Positions 1 to 9,213 of a DNA stretch of 21,990 bases are shown here, in pieces (position 1 is the first letter of the stretch; each line of letters starts with the position of its first letter). The notes below the pieces were generated by a model. It had not been told where the DNA came from. It searched no databases and saw only the letters and a program-made list of their open reading frames with translations. Source of the stretch: a bacterium (lineage in GTDB: Bacteria; Zhuqueibacterota; Zhuqueibacteria; Oceanimicrobiales; Oceanimicrobiaceae); the NCBI GenBank assembly GCA_046758365.1, contig JBHIAC010000041.1, forward strand, positions 1-21,990. The letters run 5' to 3'. A program made the position numbers and the translations under genes.

Positions 1-143
1 ATAATTTTGTCTTTCTTCTTAAAAACTGAGTACGGAACTCACTCAAGAACTTAAGGTATTATATTGTTTTTAATTACGCCTCTTTCTTGAATCAATTTAT
101 GAATAATGTAAGTTAGAATATCTTTACTTTTAGCGCTGAGATA

Positions 144-650
144 TTAACTTATTAACTCTGCTAAATCATCAATTAATCTTTCTAATACTTCTTCGGTTAT
201 TTTAAAAGCAATTTGAGAGCGTTGTTTTTGTTCATCTTTCTGCTGGAATCTTCCAAAATAAACACTCTTCTGGCTATCAATTATGATTTCAAAATAAGGC
301 ATGTTATCTATTCCTTTATGAGTTGAAACGCTTCGTATTTGAACTCTTGAATTGACTGTATCAATTTCTACAAGAGCTAAATTTTCAAGCAAATATGTAA
401 CTGTACTAACTAAAATCTCGGCTCGCTTCTTTAATTCATCAGCAGTTAACCTGTAATCAGGTGATTTCTCTATATTTTTAAGTTCTAAATTTCTTATTTG
501 ATAACTAAACTTATCAAAATCTGCAATCTCTGCATGGAGGTGTATTTTGTCGAATTCTTCATCAAAAATATATTTATCGATTTCTCCATCTAAATTTTCT
601 TTAACCAAAAATTGCTGTAATCGCTGAATTGATTTGTTGCCAATCTTCAT
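144..650 (-). CDS. hypothetical protein (168 aa, acidic, soluble), downstream of spoVR
   Basis: 168-aa ORF with a strong SD (AAGGAGGT, 7 nt before the ATG), codirectional with prkA-yeaH-spoVR; no family motif recognised with certainty. Confidence 0.85.
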   Translation of the reverse strand: MKIGNKSIQRLQQFLVKENLDGEIDKYIFDEEFDKIHLHAEIADFDKFSYQIRNLELKNIEKSPDYRLTADELKKRAEILVSTVTYLLENLALVEIDTVNSRVQIRSVSTHKGIDNMPYFEIIIDSQKSVYFGRFQQKDEQKQRSQIAFKITEEVLERLIDDLAELIS

Positions 651-690
651 GGGATTTTACCTCCTTAAAAATATCCGACTTTTATTATTC

Positions 691-806
691 ATGACATTGG
701 TGCAAAAACAGGATAATTTCAATTTTTAGGACGTCCTTTAGCAATCTTAAATTCAATATTTACAACTTAAGATTTATAGCTTCCTACCTTTTTGCACCTC
801 CGTCAT
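691..806. repeat. imperfect ~116-bp inverted-repeat element (MITE-like or structured RNA)
   Basis: Ends read ATGACattGGTGCAAAAA..AGGA and (reverse complement) ATGACggaGGTGCAAAAA..AGGA; inner IR AATCTTAA/TTAAGATT; palindrome AGGACGTCCT at 728-737. Confidence 0.55.
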
Positions 807-832
807 TGATTTAATTTTCCTAAATAAGGATA

Positions 833-2323
833 TTAGTCAATCTCAATTTCGCTATGTTCATGGCCATCAAAACTTAATAAAGTTTTTATCTCATCAACAA
901 CCGTTTCTAAATGTACCGGTCGCGTCCAAATTTTGTATATATTACGTAAGGTGTCTCTTGCTTCATCAAATTTAAGATCAACACCTTCGTGTTTGTGTAA
1001 CAAATACAACTCACCACGATTGAGATAATTTGCATCTTCAACATAAATAAAAGGTTGACCAAAATTTGTTAGACTAAATAAGAGTTTCTCTTTAATTCTT
1101 TTGAATTCTCTATCATCAATTTCATACATATCAGTTCTGTCGTTATATTCATATGTAAACAGTTTGTGTTCTTGGCAAAATTCAGGAGTTAAGAAAGCAT
1201 CAATGAACATAAGATCATTATAGAGTTTACGAACTTCAAATAATTTTTGTTGACCAAGACCCATATGTTTATTCCAGTTTTTTTTAGCCACCCAATCATC
1301 ACATTCTTCATATTCTTTTCCAAATTTGCCTTTATTCCATCTATCTTCAATATTGCGAAAAAGCTCAACGCCCAACTTATAGGGATTTAATCGACCGGTA
1401 CCTGTTATTAGTGTCCCCGAATGGTGATCTGCGTAGTCTATGAGTTCAGAATCCGTGAGGCACTTTTCTGTCATAATTTTAGAATGCCAATATGTAGCCC
1501 AACCTTCATTCATTATTTTAGTTTGTGATTGTGGCACAAAATAATAAGCTTCCTCGCGAATTATTGAAAGAATATCCCGATGCCATTTTTCTAATGGGGC
1601 ATGTTCTATTAAAAATAATAGTACGTCTCGTTGTGGATTCTCCGGGAATTTATGCTTCATTTTTTTGCGACGTTTTTCAGTAACTTTCTTTTGTTCTTCT
1701 AAAAATTCTTCCGGATTGATAAAAGAGTCCATATATGACTTGCTCTTTAGTTTCACTGGTTGTTGAATTTCTTGTTCTTCTTCATCAGAAGTTAACTTCT
1801 CGTTTCCGTGGCTTCTTTGTATAAATTGCGAATGGGGGTCAATTAAATTTTCTAAGGATAAACAAATTTCAATAAAATCCTCCACCTCTTCTTCACCATA
1901 TTTTTCGATATCTCGACGAACTTGAATGGCATGATTGGCCATCACATCCATCATTTTTCGGTTGGATTTAGAGTACCAAAGATTATTTTTAAAAAAATCA
2001 CAGTGAGCGTAAACATGTGCAATCACTAACTTTTGATCAACCACGTTATTAGATTTCATTAAATATGCATAGCATGGGTCGTTGTTTATGACTAACTCAT
2101 AAATTTTTTGAAGGCCATAAGCATAACCTTTAGAAATTTCTTCATAATCCATGCCAAAGCGCCAATGAGGATATCTCGTAGGGAACCCTCCATAACTAGC
2201 GACCTCATTGAGCTCGTCAAATTCAATTATTTCAAATATTGTCTCAAAGAAATCAAGGCCAGCCTCCTCAACATAACCTTTAATTTCTGCTTTTATTTTT
2301 ACAAGATTTTCGGGTAGATCCAT
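833..2323 (-). CDS. spoVR: SpoVR family protein (YcgB)
   Basis: Motifs GFPTRYPHWRFG, YELVIN.DPCYAYLM, AHVYAHCDFFKNN, TKIMNEGWATYWH, NPYKLG; canonical position after prkA-yeaH. Confidence 0.96.
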   Translation of the reverse strand: MDLPENLVKIKAEIKGYVEEAGLDFFETIFEIIEFDELNEVASYGGFPTRYPHWRFGMDYEEISKGYAYGLQKIYELVINNDPCYAYLMKSNNVVDQKLVIAHVYAHCDFFKNNLWYSKSNRKMMDVMANHAIQVRRDIEKYGEEEVEDFIEICLSLENLIDPHSQFIQRSHGNEKLTSDEEEQEIQQPVKLKSKSYMDSFINPEEFLEEQKKVTEKRRKKMKHKFPENPQRDVLLFLIEHAPLEKWHRDILSIIREEAYYFVPQSQTKIMNEGWATYWHSKIMTEKCLTDSELIDYADHHSGTLITGTGRLNPYKLGVELFRNIEDRWNKGKFGKEYEECDDWVAKKNWNKHMGLGQQKLFEVRKLYNDLMFIDAFLTPEFCQEHKLFTYEYNDRTDMYEIDDREFKRIKEKLLFSLTNFGQPFIYVEDANYLNRGELYLLHKHEGVDLKFDEARDTLRNIYKIWTRPVHLETVVDEIKTLLSFDGHEHSEIEID

Positions 2324-2344
2324 GTCAAATTAAGGAATAATAAA

Positions 2345-3448
2345 TTATTTGCCTTTGCCTAAAAAGCTTTTTATTGATTCATAAATGGCTTCCTTGTCAG
2401 GAATTTCAGAAAGTATAATTTTATCCTCATCCTGATAATAATCTTCAAGATCTCGAATAAACTGACCGCTACCATATGGACTTTCTACTTGACCATAACA
2501 AAAAAGATTGATCTTCAGTAATAGCTGATCTTCAAGAATAGCTATACATTCGTCAGTATCAATTTCGCCCCAATTATCTCCATCGGAAAAATGAAAAAGA
2601 TATATATTCCATTCACTTGGGTTGTAATATTCATCAATTAATTTGTTTGCTAATTTGTAGGCCGATGAAATAATTGTGCCCCCGCTTTCTCGGGTGTGAT
2701 AGAACGTTTCTTGATCGACCTCACGCGCCACGGCATCGTGAATGATGTAACGGGTTTCGATATTTTTATATTGATAGTGAAGCCAAGTATCGATCCAAAA
2801 GGATTCAATACGTACAATTTCTTTTTGCTCATCTCCCATAGAACCTGAAACATCCATCATATAAATAATTGCCGCATTGCTTTCAGGCTCTATGGTAACT
2901 TTTCTAGACTTATACCTAGTGTCTGCACGAATAGGTATAATAATCGGTTTTGCTGGATTGTAAGTCTTAGTAATTAATTGACGTTTAAGTGTCTGTTTGT
3001 ACGTACGTTTAAAATGCCTTAAAGATTCTGGACCGGTTTGACGAATCCCGGTATATTTGTCTTTTTCTGATGTTATATTCTTTTTACCTCTTGCTTCAAT
3101 GTTAGGTAATTCTAATTCTTCTCCTAACATCTGAGCAAGTTCATCCAAAGAGATATCCACTTCTAAGATATGATCGCCGGGTGCATCACCAGCGCCTGGC
3201 CCAGCCTTCTGATCGCCTGTTCCAATAGGCGTGCCAATTTCGCCCTCACCTTGACCAACCCCGCCGGTTTTTTTGATACTATAACGAAAACGGGGAATGT
3301 TAATCTGGGGTACTGGAATGCTGACAAATTCCTTACCCTTTTTACCGATCAATTCACCTCGGGTAATATATTTTTTTAGATTCTTTTTAACCTTTCCCCG
3401 GATGATCTGACGAAAGCGGCCTTGATCTTTGTCTATTCTTCTGACCAT
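2345..3448 (-). CDS. yeaH: YeaH/YhbH (DUF444) family protein with vWA-like MIDAS motif
   Basis: GGVGQGEG glycine stretch, [30 protein letters not shown]; lies between prkA and spoVR. Confidence 0.95.
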   Translation of the reverse strand: MVRRIDKDQGRFRQIIRGKVKKNLKKYITRGELIGKKGKEFVSIPVPQINIPRFRYSIKKTGGVGQGEGEIGTPIGTGDQKAGPGAGDAPGDHILEVDISLDELAQMLGEELELPNIEARGKKNITSEKDKYTGIRQTGPESLRHFKRTYKQTLKRQLITKTYNPAKPIIIPIRADTRYKSRKVTIEPESNAAIIYMMDVSGSMGDEQKEIVRIESFWIDTWLHYQYKNIETRYIIHDAVAREVDQETFYHTRESGGTIISSAYKLANKLIDEYYNPSEWNIYLFHFSDGDNWGEIDTDECIAILEDQLLLKINLFCYGQVESPYGSGQFIRDLEDYYQDEDKIILSEIPDKEAIYESIKSFLGKGK

Positions 3449-3463
3449 TATGATTTTTGTTTA

Positions 3464-5554
3464 TTATTTTAGTGCCTCTTTTATGTCACCACGGGCAAAT
3501 ATACTTGCAACAAAATTAAGTACATCGGTAGCACAAATATCGCAATAACCATAATAATTAATCATACGCGATTTTACAACGTCAATTTTTTCCTGTGTTT
3601 CTTTATCTACGACGCTAGATATTAAAGTGGTTAATTTGATTGAATCTTTTTGATCCTCAAATAGCTTAAGTTCAAGAGCCTTTTGAAGTCGTTCATTAGA
3701 ACGATAATCAAAGGAATTACCTTCTAAGGCTAAAGCACCAATATAATTCATAATCTCTCGACGAAAATCATCTTTACGACTTTCGGAAATATCGATTTTT
3801 TCTTCGATAGACCTCATCAACCTTTCGTCTGGCTCTTCGTCCTGGCCCGTGTATTTATTTTTTACTTTTTCTTTTTGGGTGTATGCTTTTACATGATCAA
3901 TGTAGTTCCCACAAAGTCGTTTCAGAGCCTCTTCATCAGCAGCAATCGCTCTTTGAACCTCGGTCTTTACAATGTCTTCATAATCTTCTTTTACAACCGC
4001 CAACAATTCCCGACACCTTTTGCGTTGCTCCTCACTAGTAATCAAAGAATGATGCCTTAATCCTTCTTCTAATTCATTTAAAACCATAAAAGGATTTACA
4101 CAAGGTCCGCCTTCATCACTCACTAAAGCATTTGAAATTTTATCTTGAATATATCTTGGCGAGATTCCTTCCATGCCTTCTCTTTCAGATTCAAGACGCA
4201 ATTCCTTTATATTATCTTCAGTAAAGCCAGGAAGCGTTTTGCCGTCATAAAGTTTTAATTTTTGCAGCAAAGTAAGTTGAGCTTTCTTAGGTTCCTCTAA
4301 ACGGGTCAGCACGGCCCACATTGAAGCCATTTCAATGGTGTGCGGGGCAATATGTTTTCCTTTTATTCGTTCTTTATTGTAGTCTCTTTCATAAATTTTG
4401 ATTTCATCAGAAAGTCTTGTAATATAAGGAATGTCAATCTTAGCGGTACGATCACGTAAAGCCTCCATGAATTCATTGGACTGAAGCTTTTTATATTCTG
4501 GTTCATTTGTATGCCCAATGATAACTTCATCGATATAAGTCTGAGCAAATTTTTTAGGTTTAATTATATGTTCTTGCGATGCGCCAAGCAAATCGTAAAG
4601 AAACGCTACATCTAATTTTAAAACTTCAATAAATTCTACCAACCCCCGATTGGCAATATTTAGTTCTCCGTCAAAATTGAAGGCTCTTGGATCGGAATCG
4701 GAACCGTATTCGGCGATTTTTCGATAATTTATGTCCCCTGTAAGTTCAGTGGAGTCTTGATTCTTCTCATCTTTTGGCTGAAAAGTACCAATTCCTATTC
4801 TATCTTTTTCAGATAAAATTAACCGTTTTACTTTAACATCACTAATTATCTTAGTCCAATCCCCTCCATATTTATGACTCTTATCTTGATAAGTTTGTCG
4901 ACAAAAAGGACACAATTCTCCTTCAATCACAACCCATTCATCTTCAGGTTTTCCCTTGTTGAGCTCTTCTAAAACATTTAAGCGAAAATCTTCAGGAATG
5001 AGATGGAGCGGTTCTTCATGCATGGGGCAATCTACAAAGCTTGTTCCATCAGGGCCTTCCACTTTCCATGTAAATGTATATAAGGCTCCTTCCTGGGTTC
5101 TTGAATAGGCTTCAAGTCCTTTTTTAAACAGACGGACGATAGTGCTTTTGGCACTTCCGACAGGACCATGGAGAAGAAATACCCTTTTTTCTGTTCCGTA
5201 GCCTTTGGCGGCTGATTTGAATAAGTTTATTATTTTCATAATTGGACGCTCTAAACCATAAACAGCGTCTCGTCCATTGTCAATCGGATCGTTAAAAAAT
5301 TTAAATTTAATCAATTTTTCTTTGTATTCTTGGTACTCCTCAACGCCATAGGAGAGAATCATATCATAGAGTCTTTGAAATGCTGAACGGTTCGCTTTGG
5401 GATTTTTTTTAATAACTTCCAAATAATCTATGAAGGTACCTTCCCACGTAAGTTGTTTATACTCTTCAACATCTTGCAGTCCTTTAATGATTGAAATAAT
5501 GTTATCTTCCTTGATTGGGTTATTTCCCTTATTGCTTTGGCCCTTATTGTCCAT
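3464..5554 (-). CDS. prkA: PrkA/YeaG family AAA+ serine protein kinase
   Basis: Walker A variant [67 protein letters not shown] upstream. Confidence 0.96.
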   Translation of the reverse strand: MDNKGQSNKGNNPIKEDNIISIIKGLQDVEEYKQLTWEGTFIDYLEVIKKNPKANRSAFQRLYDMILSYGVEEYQEYKEKLIKFKFFNDPIDNGRDAVYGLERPIMKIINLFKSAAKGYGTEKRVFLLHGPVGSAKSTIVRLFKKGLEAYSRTQEGALYTFTWKVEGPDGTSFVDCPMHEEPLHLIPEDFRLNVLEELNKGKPEDEWVVIEGELCPFCRQTYQDKSHKYGGDWTKIISDVKVKRLILSEKDRIGIGTFQPKDEKNQDSTELTGDINYRKIAEYGSDSDPRAFNFDGELNIANRGLVEFIEVLKLDVAFLYDLLGASQEHIIKPKKFAQTYIDEVIIGHTNEPEYKKLQSNEFMEALRDRTAKIDIPYITRLSDEIKIYERDYNKERIKGKHIAPHTIEMASMWAVLTRLEEPKKAQLTLLQKLKLYDGKTLPGFTEDNIKELRLESEREGMEGISPRYIQDKISNALVSDEGGPCVNPFMVLNELEEGLRHHSLITSEEQRKRCRELLAVVKEDYEDIVKTEVQRAIAADEEALKRLCGNYIDHVKAYTQKEKVKNKYTGQDEEPDERLMRSIEEKIDISESRKDDFRREIMNYIGALALEGNSFDYRSNERLQKALELKLFEDQKDSIKLTTLISSVVDKETQEKIDVVKSRMINYYGYCDICATDVLNFVASIFARGDIKEALK

Positions 5555-5704
5555 AACTATACACCTCCAAATAGAAGAAAGATTTTATTTTGCCACTTTA
5601 AAAGAGTTAAGAAAATTATAATAAGTTGATTAAAGGATTGCCTTTTTTTTATTTCCTGCAAATAGAGAAAATAAATTTATGACACGAATTATTAATTATT
5701 TAAT

Positions 5705-5720
5705 TACAAATTCTATGCCA
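5705..5720 (-). promoter_or_regulatory. putative sigma54 (-24/-12) promoter of the prkA operon
   Basis: Minus strand reads TGGCATAGAATTTGTA against consensus TGGCACG-N4-TTGCW (correct GG-N10 spacing, GT instead of GC at -12); E. coli yeaGH is known to be sigma54-dependent. Confidence 0.6.
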
Positions 5721-5807
5721 TTTGTATTTCCCTTTATTTCCTCTTCAAATCGTATAAATTAATAATGACTTCAATTAAAGTATAGGAACATTGTGCCACC
5801 GTGAGAC

Positions 5808-5838
5808 AAAAAAGTCGAAATAATAAATTATTTCGACT
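5808..5838 (-). terminator. intrinsic terminator (perfect 12-bp inverted repeat plus U tract)
   Basis: AGTCGAAATAAT-aa-ATTATTTCGACT at 5813-5838, followed on the minus strand by a T run (plus-strand A at 5808-5813). Confidence 0.65.
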
Positions 5839-5937
5839 AAAAGAACTTTTCAAAGACCTTACATTGGATGTGAATCCCTAAGCTACATAATCCCTCAAAG
5901 AATGAGCCCTTCCACAACAATCTTTGTAATATGATTT
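5808..5937 (-). ncRNA. candidate ~130-nt sRNA or attenuated leader upstream of prkA
   Basis: Bounded by a sigma70 promoter (5944-5972) and an intrinsic terminator (5808-5838); contains no SD-led ORF; no family recognised. Confidence 0.4.
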
Positions 5938-5943
5938 AATTCT

Positions 5944-5972
5944 ATTTTAAATATTAGTAAATAAAAAGTCAA
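5944..5972 (-). promoter_or_regulatory. sigma70-type promoter pointing toward prkA
   Basis: TTGACT-N17-TAAAAT on the minus strand. Confidence 0.6.
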
Positions 5973-6186
5973 GAACTTTCTAATTGATTATCTATATCAT
6001 GTGTCAACTTTTTTAAAAATCATCTTCTTATTAACCCTCCACTTATATTGAAGTTCTTTATGAAAGTAAGTAACATCTTGAATGAATAAACAAAATACCA
6101 GTTTACTTACTTAGGAGCATCTAATAAAACCTAACCTAAATTATTTACTTATTATTTCAAAAGCAGTTCCTTAATATGTTTTTTTA

Positions 6187-6215
6187 TTGACAATAATTTA
6201 TTCTTTTTGTATTAT
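6187..6215 (+). promoter_or_regulatory. sigma70-type promoter of yifB/comM
   Basis: TTGACA-N17-TATTAT, ending about 55 nt upstream of the ATG. Confidence 0.7.
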
Positions 6216-6269
6216 AAATCTAAAATCCATTCTATTTAGAAATGATAACACAAAAAATTTACTTTCTAT

Positions 6270-7811
6270 ATGCTATCTAAGGTACTAAGTGCGGCCGTCT
6301 TAGGGATTGACGCTTATATTGTTGAGGTGGAGGCCCATCTTGAAGGCCGGCTTCCTACCTTTGCTACCGTAGGACTGCCAGAAGGAGCCGTGAGAGAATC
6401 CAAAGAAAGAGTAAGTGCAGCCATTAAAAATTCTGGTTTTATGTTTCCACAAAAACGTGTTACCATAAACTTAGCACCAGCCGACATCAAGAAAGAAGGC
6501 TCTGCTTTCGATCTCCCTATCGCAATAGGTATACTGGCAGCCATGGGACAGGTATCTCAAGAACATCTACAAGATGTTATTATTCTGGGTGAGTTATCCC
6601 TGGATGGCAGTTTACGCCCTATCAGGGGTGCTTTACCTATTTCTCTTGCTGTGGATAAAGCCGCAAAGCATGGTATCATTCTTCCTAATGAAAACGCTAA
6701 AGAGGCTGCTATTACAAAGGAAGTCAAGGTTTTTCCCATGTTGAACTTAGATGAAACCGTCGAATTTTTAAATGATTCAAAAGATATGCCACCCTTTAAA
6801 ATAGACATAGACGAAGTTTTTTCTCAGAGCCGTAATTACAATATAGATTTTTTAGATGTTAAGGGACAGGAACATGTCAAACGTGCATTAGAAGTAGCCG
6901 CAGCCGGTGGACATAATATAATTATGGTTGGGCCACCGGGTTCCGGGAAAACTATGCTGGCCAAACGAATTCCCACCATCCTCCCAGATTTGACCCTTGA
7001 CGAGGCCTTAGAAACAACCAAAATACATTCAGTAGCAGGCTTATTACCGCCAAATACCGCGCTCATTGCTACACGACCATTTAGAGCGCCCCATCACACG
7101 ATTAGCGATGCAGGTCTTATAGGAGGTGGGCAAGTCCCTCGTCCGGGAGAAGTTAGTTTAGCGAACCACGGGGTATTGTTTTTAGATGAGCTACCTGAAT
7201 TCAAAAAAAACGTCCTTGAGGTCATGCGTCAGCCTTTGGAAGATGGGAAAGTTACCATTTCACGCGCGATCCTTTCCCTTACCTATCCAGCCGAATTTAT
7301 GCTTACCGCTGCCATGAATCCCTGTCCCTGTGGGTATTATACCGATCAAAATAATGAATGCTCCTGCACACCTCCACAAATTCAAAGGTATTTATCCAAA
7401 GTTTCAGGCCCCCTGTTAGACCGAATCGATATTCATATAGAAGTACCAGCCGTACGCTATAAAGAACTCGCTAGTGAATTGTCGGGTGAGAGTTCAGCAA
7501 CCATTCGTAGCCGTGTTGAGAAAGCCAGAGCAATCCAACAAAAACGTTTCAAAGGCATAAAACATCTATTTTGCAACGCTCGAATGGAATCTAAAGAAAT
7601 AAGAAAGTTTTGTAAAATTGATGAAAAAGGCCATGAATTACTAAAAATGGCCATAACTAAATTGGGGTTTTCAGCAAGAGCATTCGATCGAATATTGAAA
7701 GTGGCCAGGACCATAGCTGATCTTGAAGGTAGTGATGAAATTCGTCCCGAATTCGTCAGTGAGGCCATTCAATATAGAAGCTTGGATAGAACTTTTGGTG
7801 CTCATTATTAG
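6270..7811 (+). CDS. comM: YifB/ComM family Mg-chelatase-like AAA+ ATPase
   Basis: [35 protein letters not shown], Walker [44 protein letters not shown]. Confidence 0.95.
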   Translation: MLSKVLSAAVLGIDAYIVEVEAHLEGRLPTFATVGLPEGAVRESKERVSAAIKNSGFMFPQKRVTINLAPADIKKEGSAFDLPIAIGILAAMGQVSQEHLQDVIILGELSLDGSLRPIRGALPISLAVDKAAKHGIILPNENAKEAAITKEVKVFPMLNLDETVEFLNDSKDMPPFKIDIDEVFSQSRNYNIDFLDVKGQEHVKRALEVAAAGGHNIIMVGPPGSGKTMLAKRIPTILPDLTLDEALETTKIHSVAGLLPPNTALIATRPFRAPHHTISDAGLIGGGQVPRPGEVSLANHGVLFLDELPEFKKNVLEVMRQPLEDGKVTISRAILSLTYPAEFMLTAAMNPCPCGYYTDQNNECSCTPPQIQRYLSKVSGPLLDRIDIHIEVPAVRYKELASELSGESSATIRSRVEKARAIQQKRFKGIKHLFCNARMESKEIRKFCKIDEKGHELLKMAITKLGFSARAFDRILKVARTIADLEGSDEIRPEFVSEAIQYRSLDRTFGAHY

Positions 7812-8145
7812 CCTATGCCGTATGAAGTATTGAGAGGGAATATATGGTAGATAAAATTTTATTAATATTATATTTGAAGCATTGAATAGAGGGACTTATG
7901 GACACTTATGGTTTTTGTTGATTTTTAGGAACATTTAAAAAACTAATAAAGTAAAATAATGGATAATGTTCAAATGAGGGCATAAATGGAATTTGCTAAG
8001 GCGTTGATCATCTAAGTTTTTTTTGATAATTATTTTATCTCTTTTAAATTCTAAACGCTTTAACGTTCTTTATAATTTTGTCCCCGCCGAACATTCTATT
8101 TCAATCCTACTCAATTAAAATTTATTCTTTACTTGGGAGTACACA

Positions 8146-8334
8146 ATGTCAGACAAAACTTTAACGTGTGTAGAATGTGGGCAGGAATTTATTTTTTCTG
8201 CAGACGAACAACAATTTTATAGTGAGCGGGGATTTCAAGAACCCAAAAGATGCAAACCATGTCGTGAAAAACGTAAAAGAGATCGTAGAGGTAGCCGTGG
8301 ATTCGGTGGCCCCGGTCGAGGGAATAATAGATGA
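8146..8334 (+). CDS. small zinc-ribbon protein (zf-trcl / CxxC-x17-CxxC-associated family) with an Arg/Gly-rich tail
   Basis: DKTLTCVECGQEFIFSADEQQFY.ERGF.EPKRCKPCR signature; SD GGGAG; stop overlaps the rpsU start (ATGA). Confidence 0.9.
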   Translation: MSDKTLTCVECGQEFIFSADEQQFYSERGFQEPKRCKPCREKRKRDRRGSRGFGGPGRGNNR

Positions 8335-8516
8335 TAGTTACAATTTTAAAAAAAGGGGAATCTTTGGACCACGCCCTACGGCGATTTAAACAACAATGTC
8401 AGCGTGCTGGTATTCACAAAGATTTAAAGAAATCAAGCTACTATTTAAAACCCAGCGAAAAAAAGAAAATTGCAAAAAGATTAGCCCATAGGCGATATAG
8501 AAAACCGTCAACTTAA
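8331..8516 (+). CDS. rpsU: 30S ribosomal protein S21
   Basis: GESLDHALRRFK...AGI..DLKK..YYLKPSEKKK bS21 signature; 61 aa, basic. Confidence 0.92.
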   Translation: MIVTILKKGESLDHALRRFKQQCQRAGIHKDLKKSSYYLKPSEKKKIAKRLAHRRYRKPST

Positions 8517-8814
8517 TTTTTATTATCCAATCGACTTCAACGATAAACAATACTGTCGATAGCACCTCATTAATCCTGTAAAGGGTCGAAAGTTCAACGG
8601 AAAGATGTAATAGATTCACATATAGATTATTTTTAGTAACGATTATTTGATAAGGCACTCACTGCAGTATTGAGCTGCTCAATCTCATGGTTGCTGTCTC
8701 TAAAGAACCACATCACTATATGGCCACGCACGATTGCTCCCTCCACCCCTTCAAAAGGATTGGATTGTCTATATGAAAATGTACTAAGTATAGAAACGGG
8801 AATTAAGAGGCTAA

Positions 8815-9014
8815 AAAAAATCCCTGCCCTTCTGTGTGGCGCGATCGAAAGAACTGCGATCGACACGGTGGGTGCCGCCTGAACGTTTTTTGCGTCCACT
8901 AACTTCATTTTCATGAAGTTGAGGCTTGCAATACACGCCCAGAGCTAAGCTCCCATATTATAGATGTTAGCTCTTTGATTATTAACCACACCGAAGATTG
9001 CAGGGATTTCTTCT
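8815..9014 (-). ncRNA. ssrS: 6S RNA
   Basis: ~200-nt rod. Closing stem AAAUCCCUGC/GCAGGGAUUU (9009-9000 with 8827-8818); CUUCGGUGUGG/CCACACAGAAG; AAAGAGC/GUUCUUU; central bubble UAACAUCUAUAAUAU; GGGAGCU/GGCACCC; CUGGGCGU/ACGUUCAG (G-U pairs only on the minus strand); apical hairpin 8901-8920; own promoter and a 3' U run. Confidence 0.85.
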
Positions 9015-9020
9015 GACCTA

Positions 9021-9049
9021 ATATTAGTAAAATTCTCATTAAAAGTCAA
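9021..9049 (-). promoter_or_regulatory. sigma70-type promoter of the 6S RNA
   Basis: TTGACT-N17-TAATAT, predicting a start near 9014, just before the closing stem. Confidence 0.7.
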
Positions 9050-9213
9050 GAATAAAATTATTAAATGTGATAATTCCATCGACAGAAATTTTTCAATCTT
9101 AAAAAAATTAATTTGTTATTATCTTATTTTTCAAATTTAAAAATCTAAATGATAAATCTGAGTTTAGTCAAAAAAAAGTTGATTTTGGTTATGCAATTTA
9201 TTAAGTTAATTTT

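Noticed and set aside
5783..5798. TGGCAC on the minus strand as a second sigma54 promoter
   Set aside because: The -12 position reads TCCT rather than TTGC; TGGCAA near 5590-5595 fails in the same way
5840..5937. Known riboswitch (ykkC/ppGpp, c-di-GMP, fluoride) in the prkA upstream RNA
   Set aside because: Only a superficial TAGGGATTC resemblance to the ykkC core; the diagnostic motifs are absent
6002..6007. Perfect TTGACA on the minus strand
   Set aside because: No convincing -10 hexamer at 16-18 bp spacing
6314..7768. Series of antisense ORFs within yifB/comM, and similar short ORFs within spoVR, yeaH, prkA, nfeD, slipin and nuo genes
   Set aside because: Shadow ORFs of long conserved genes; no SD or domain signal
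8177..8389. 70-aa plus-strand ORF; also the 90-aa minus-strand ORF at 8386-8658 as an intact gene
   Set aside because: Out-of-frame or antisense overlaps with the well-supported zinc-ribbon and rpsU genes
8633..8914. 93-aa minus-strand ORF and the overlapping 70-aa plus-strand ORF (8670-8882)
   Set aside because: Both overlap the 6S RNA structure, have no SD at the listed starts and show no recognisable domain
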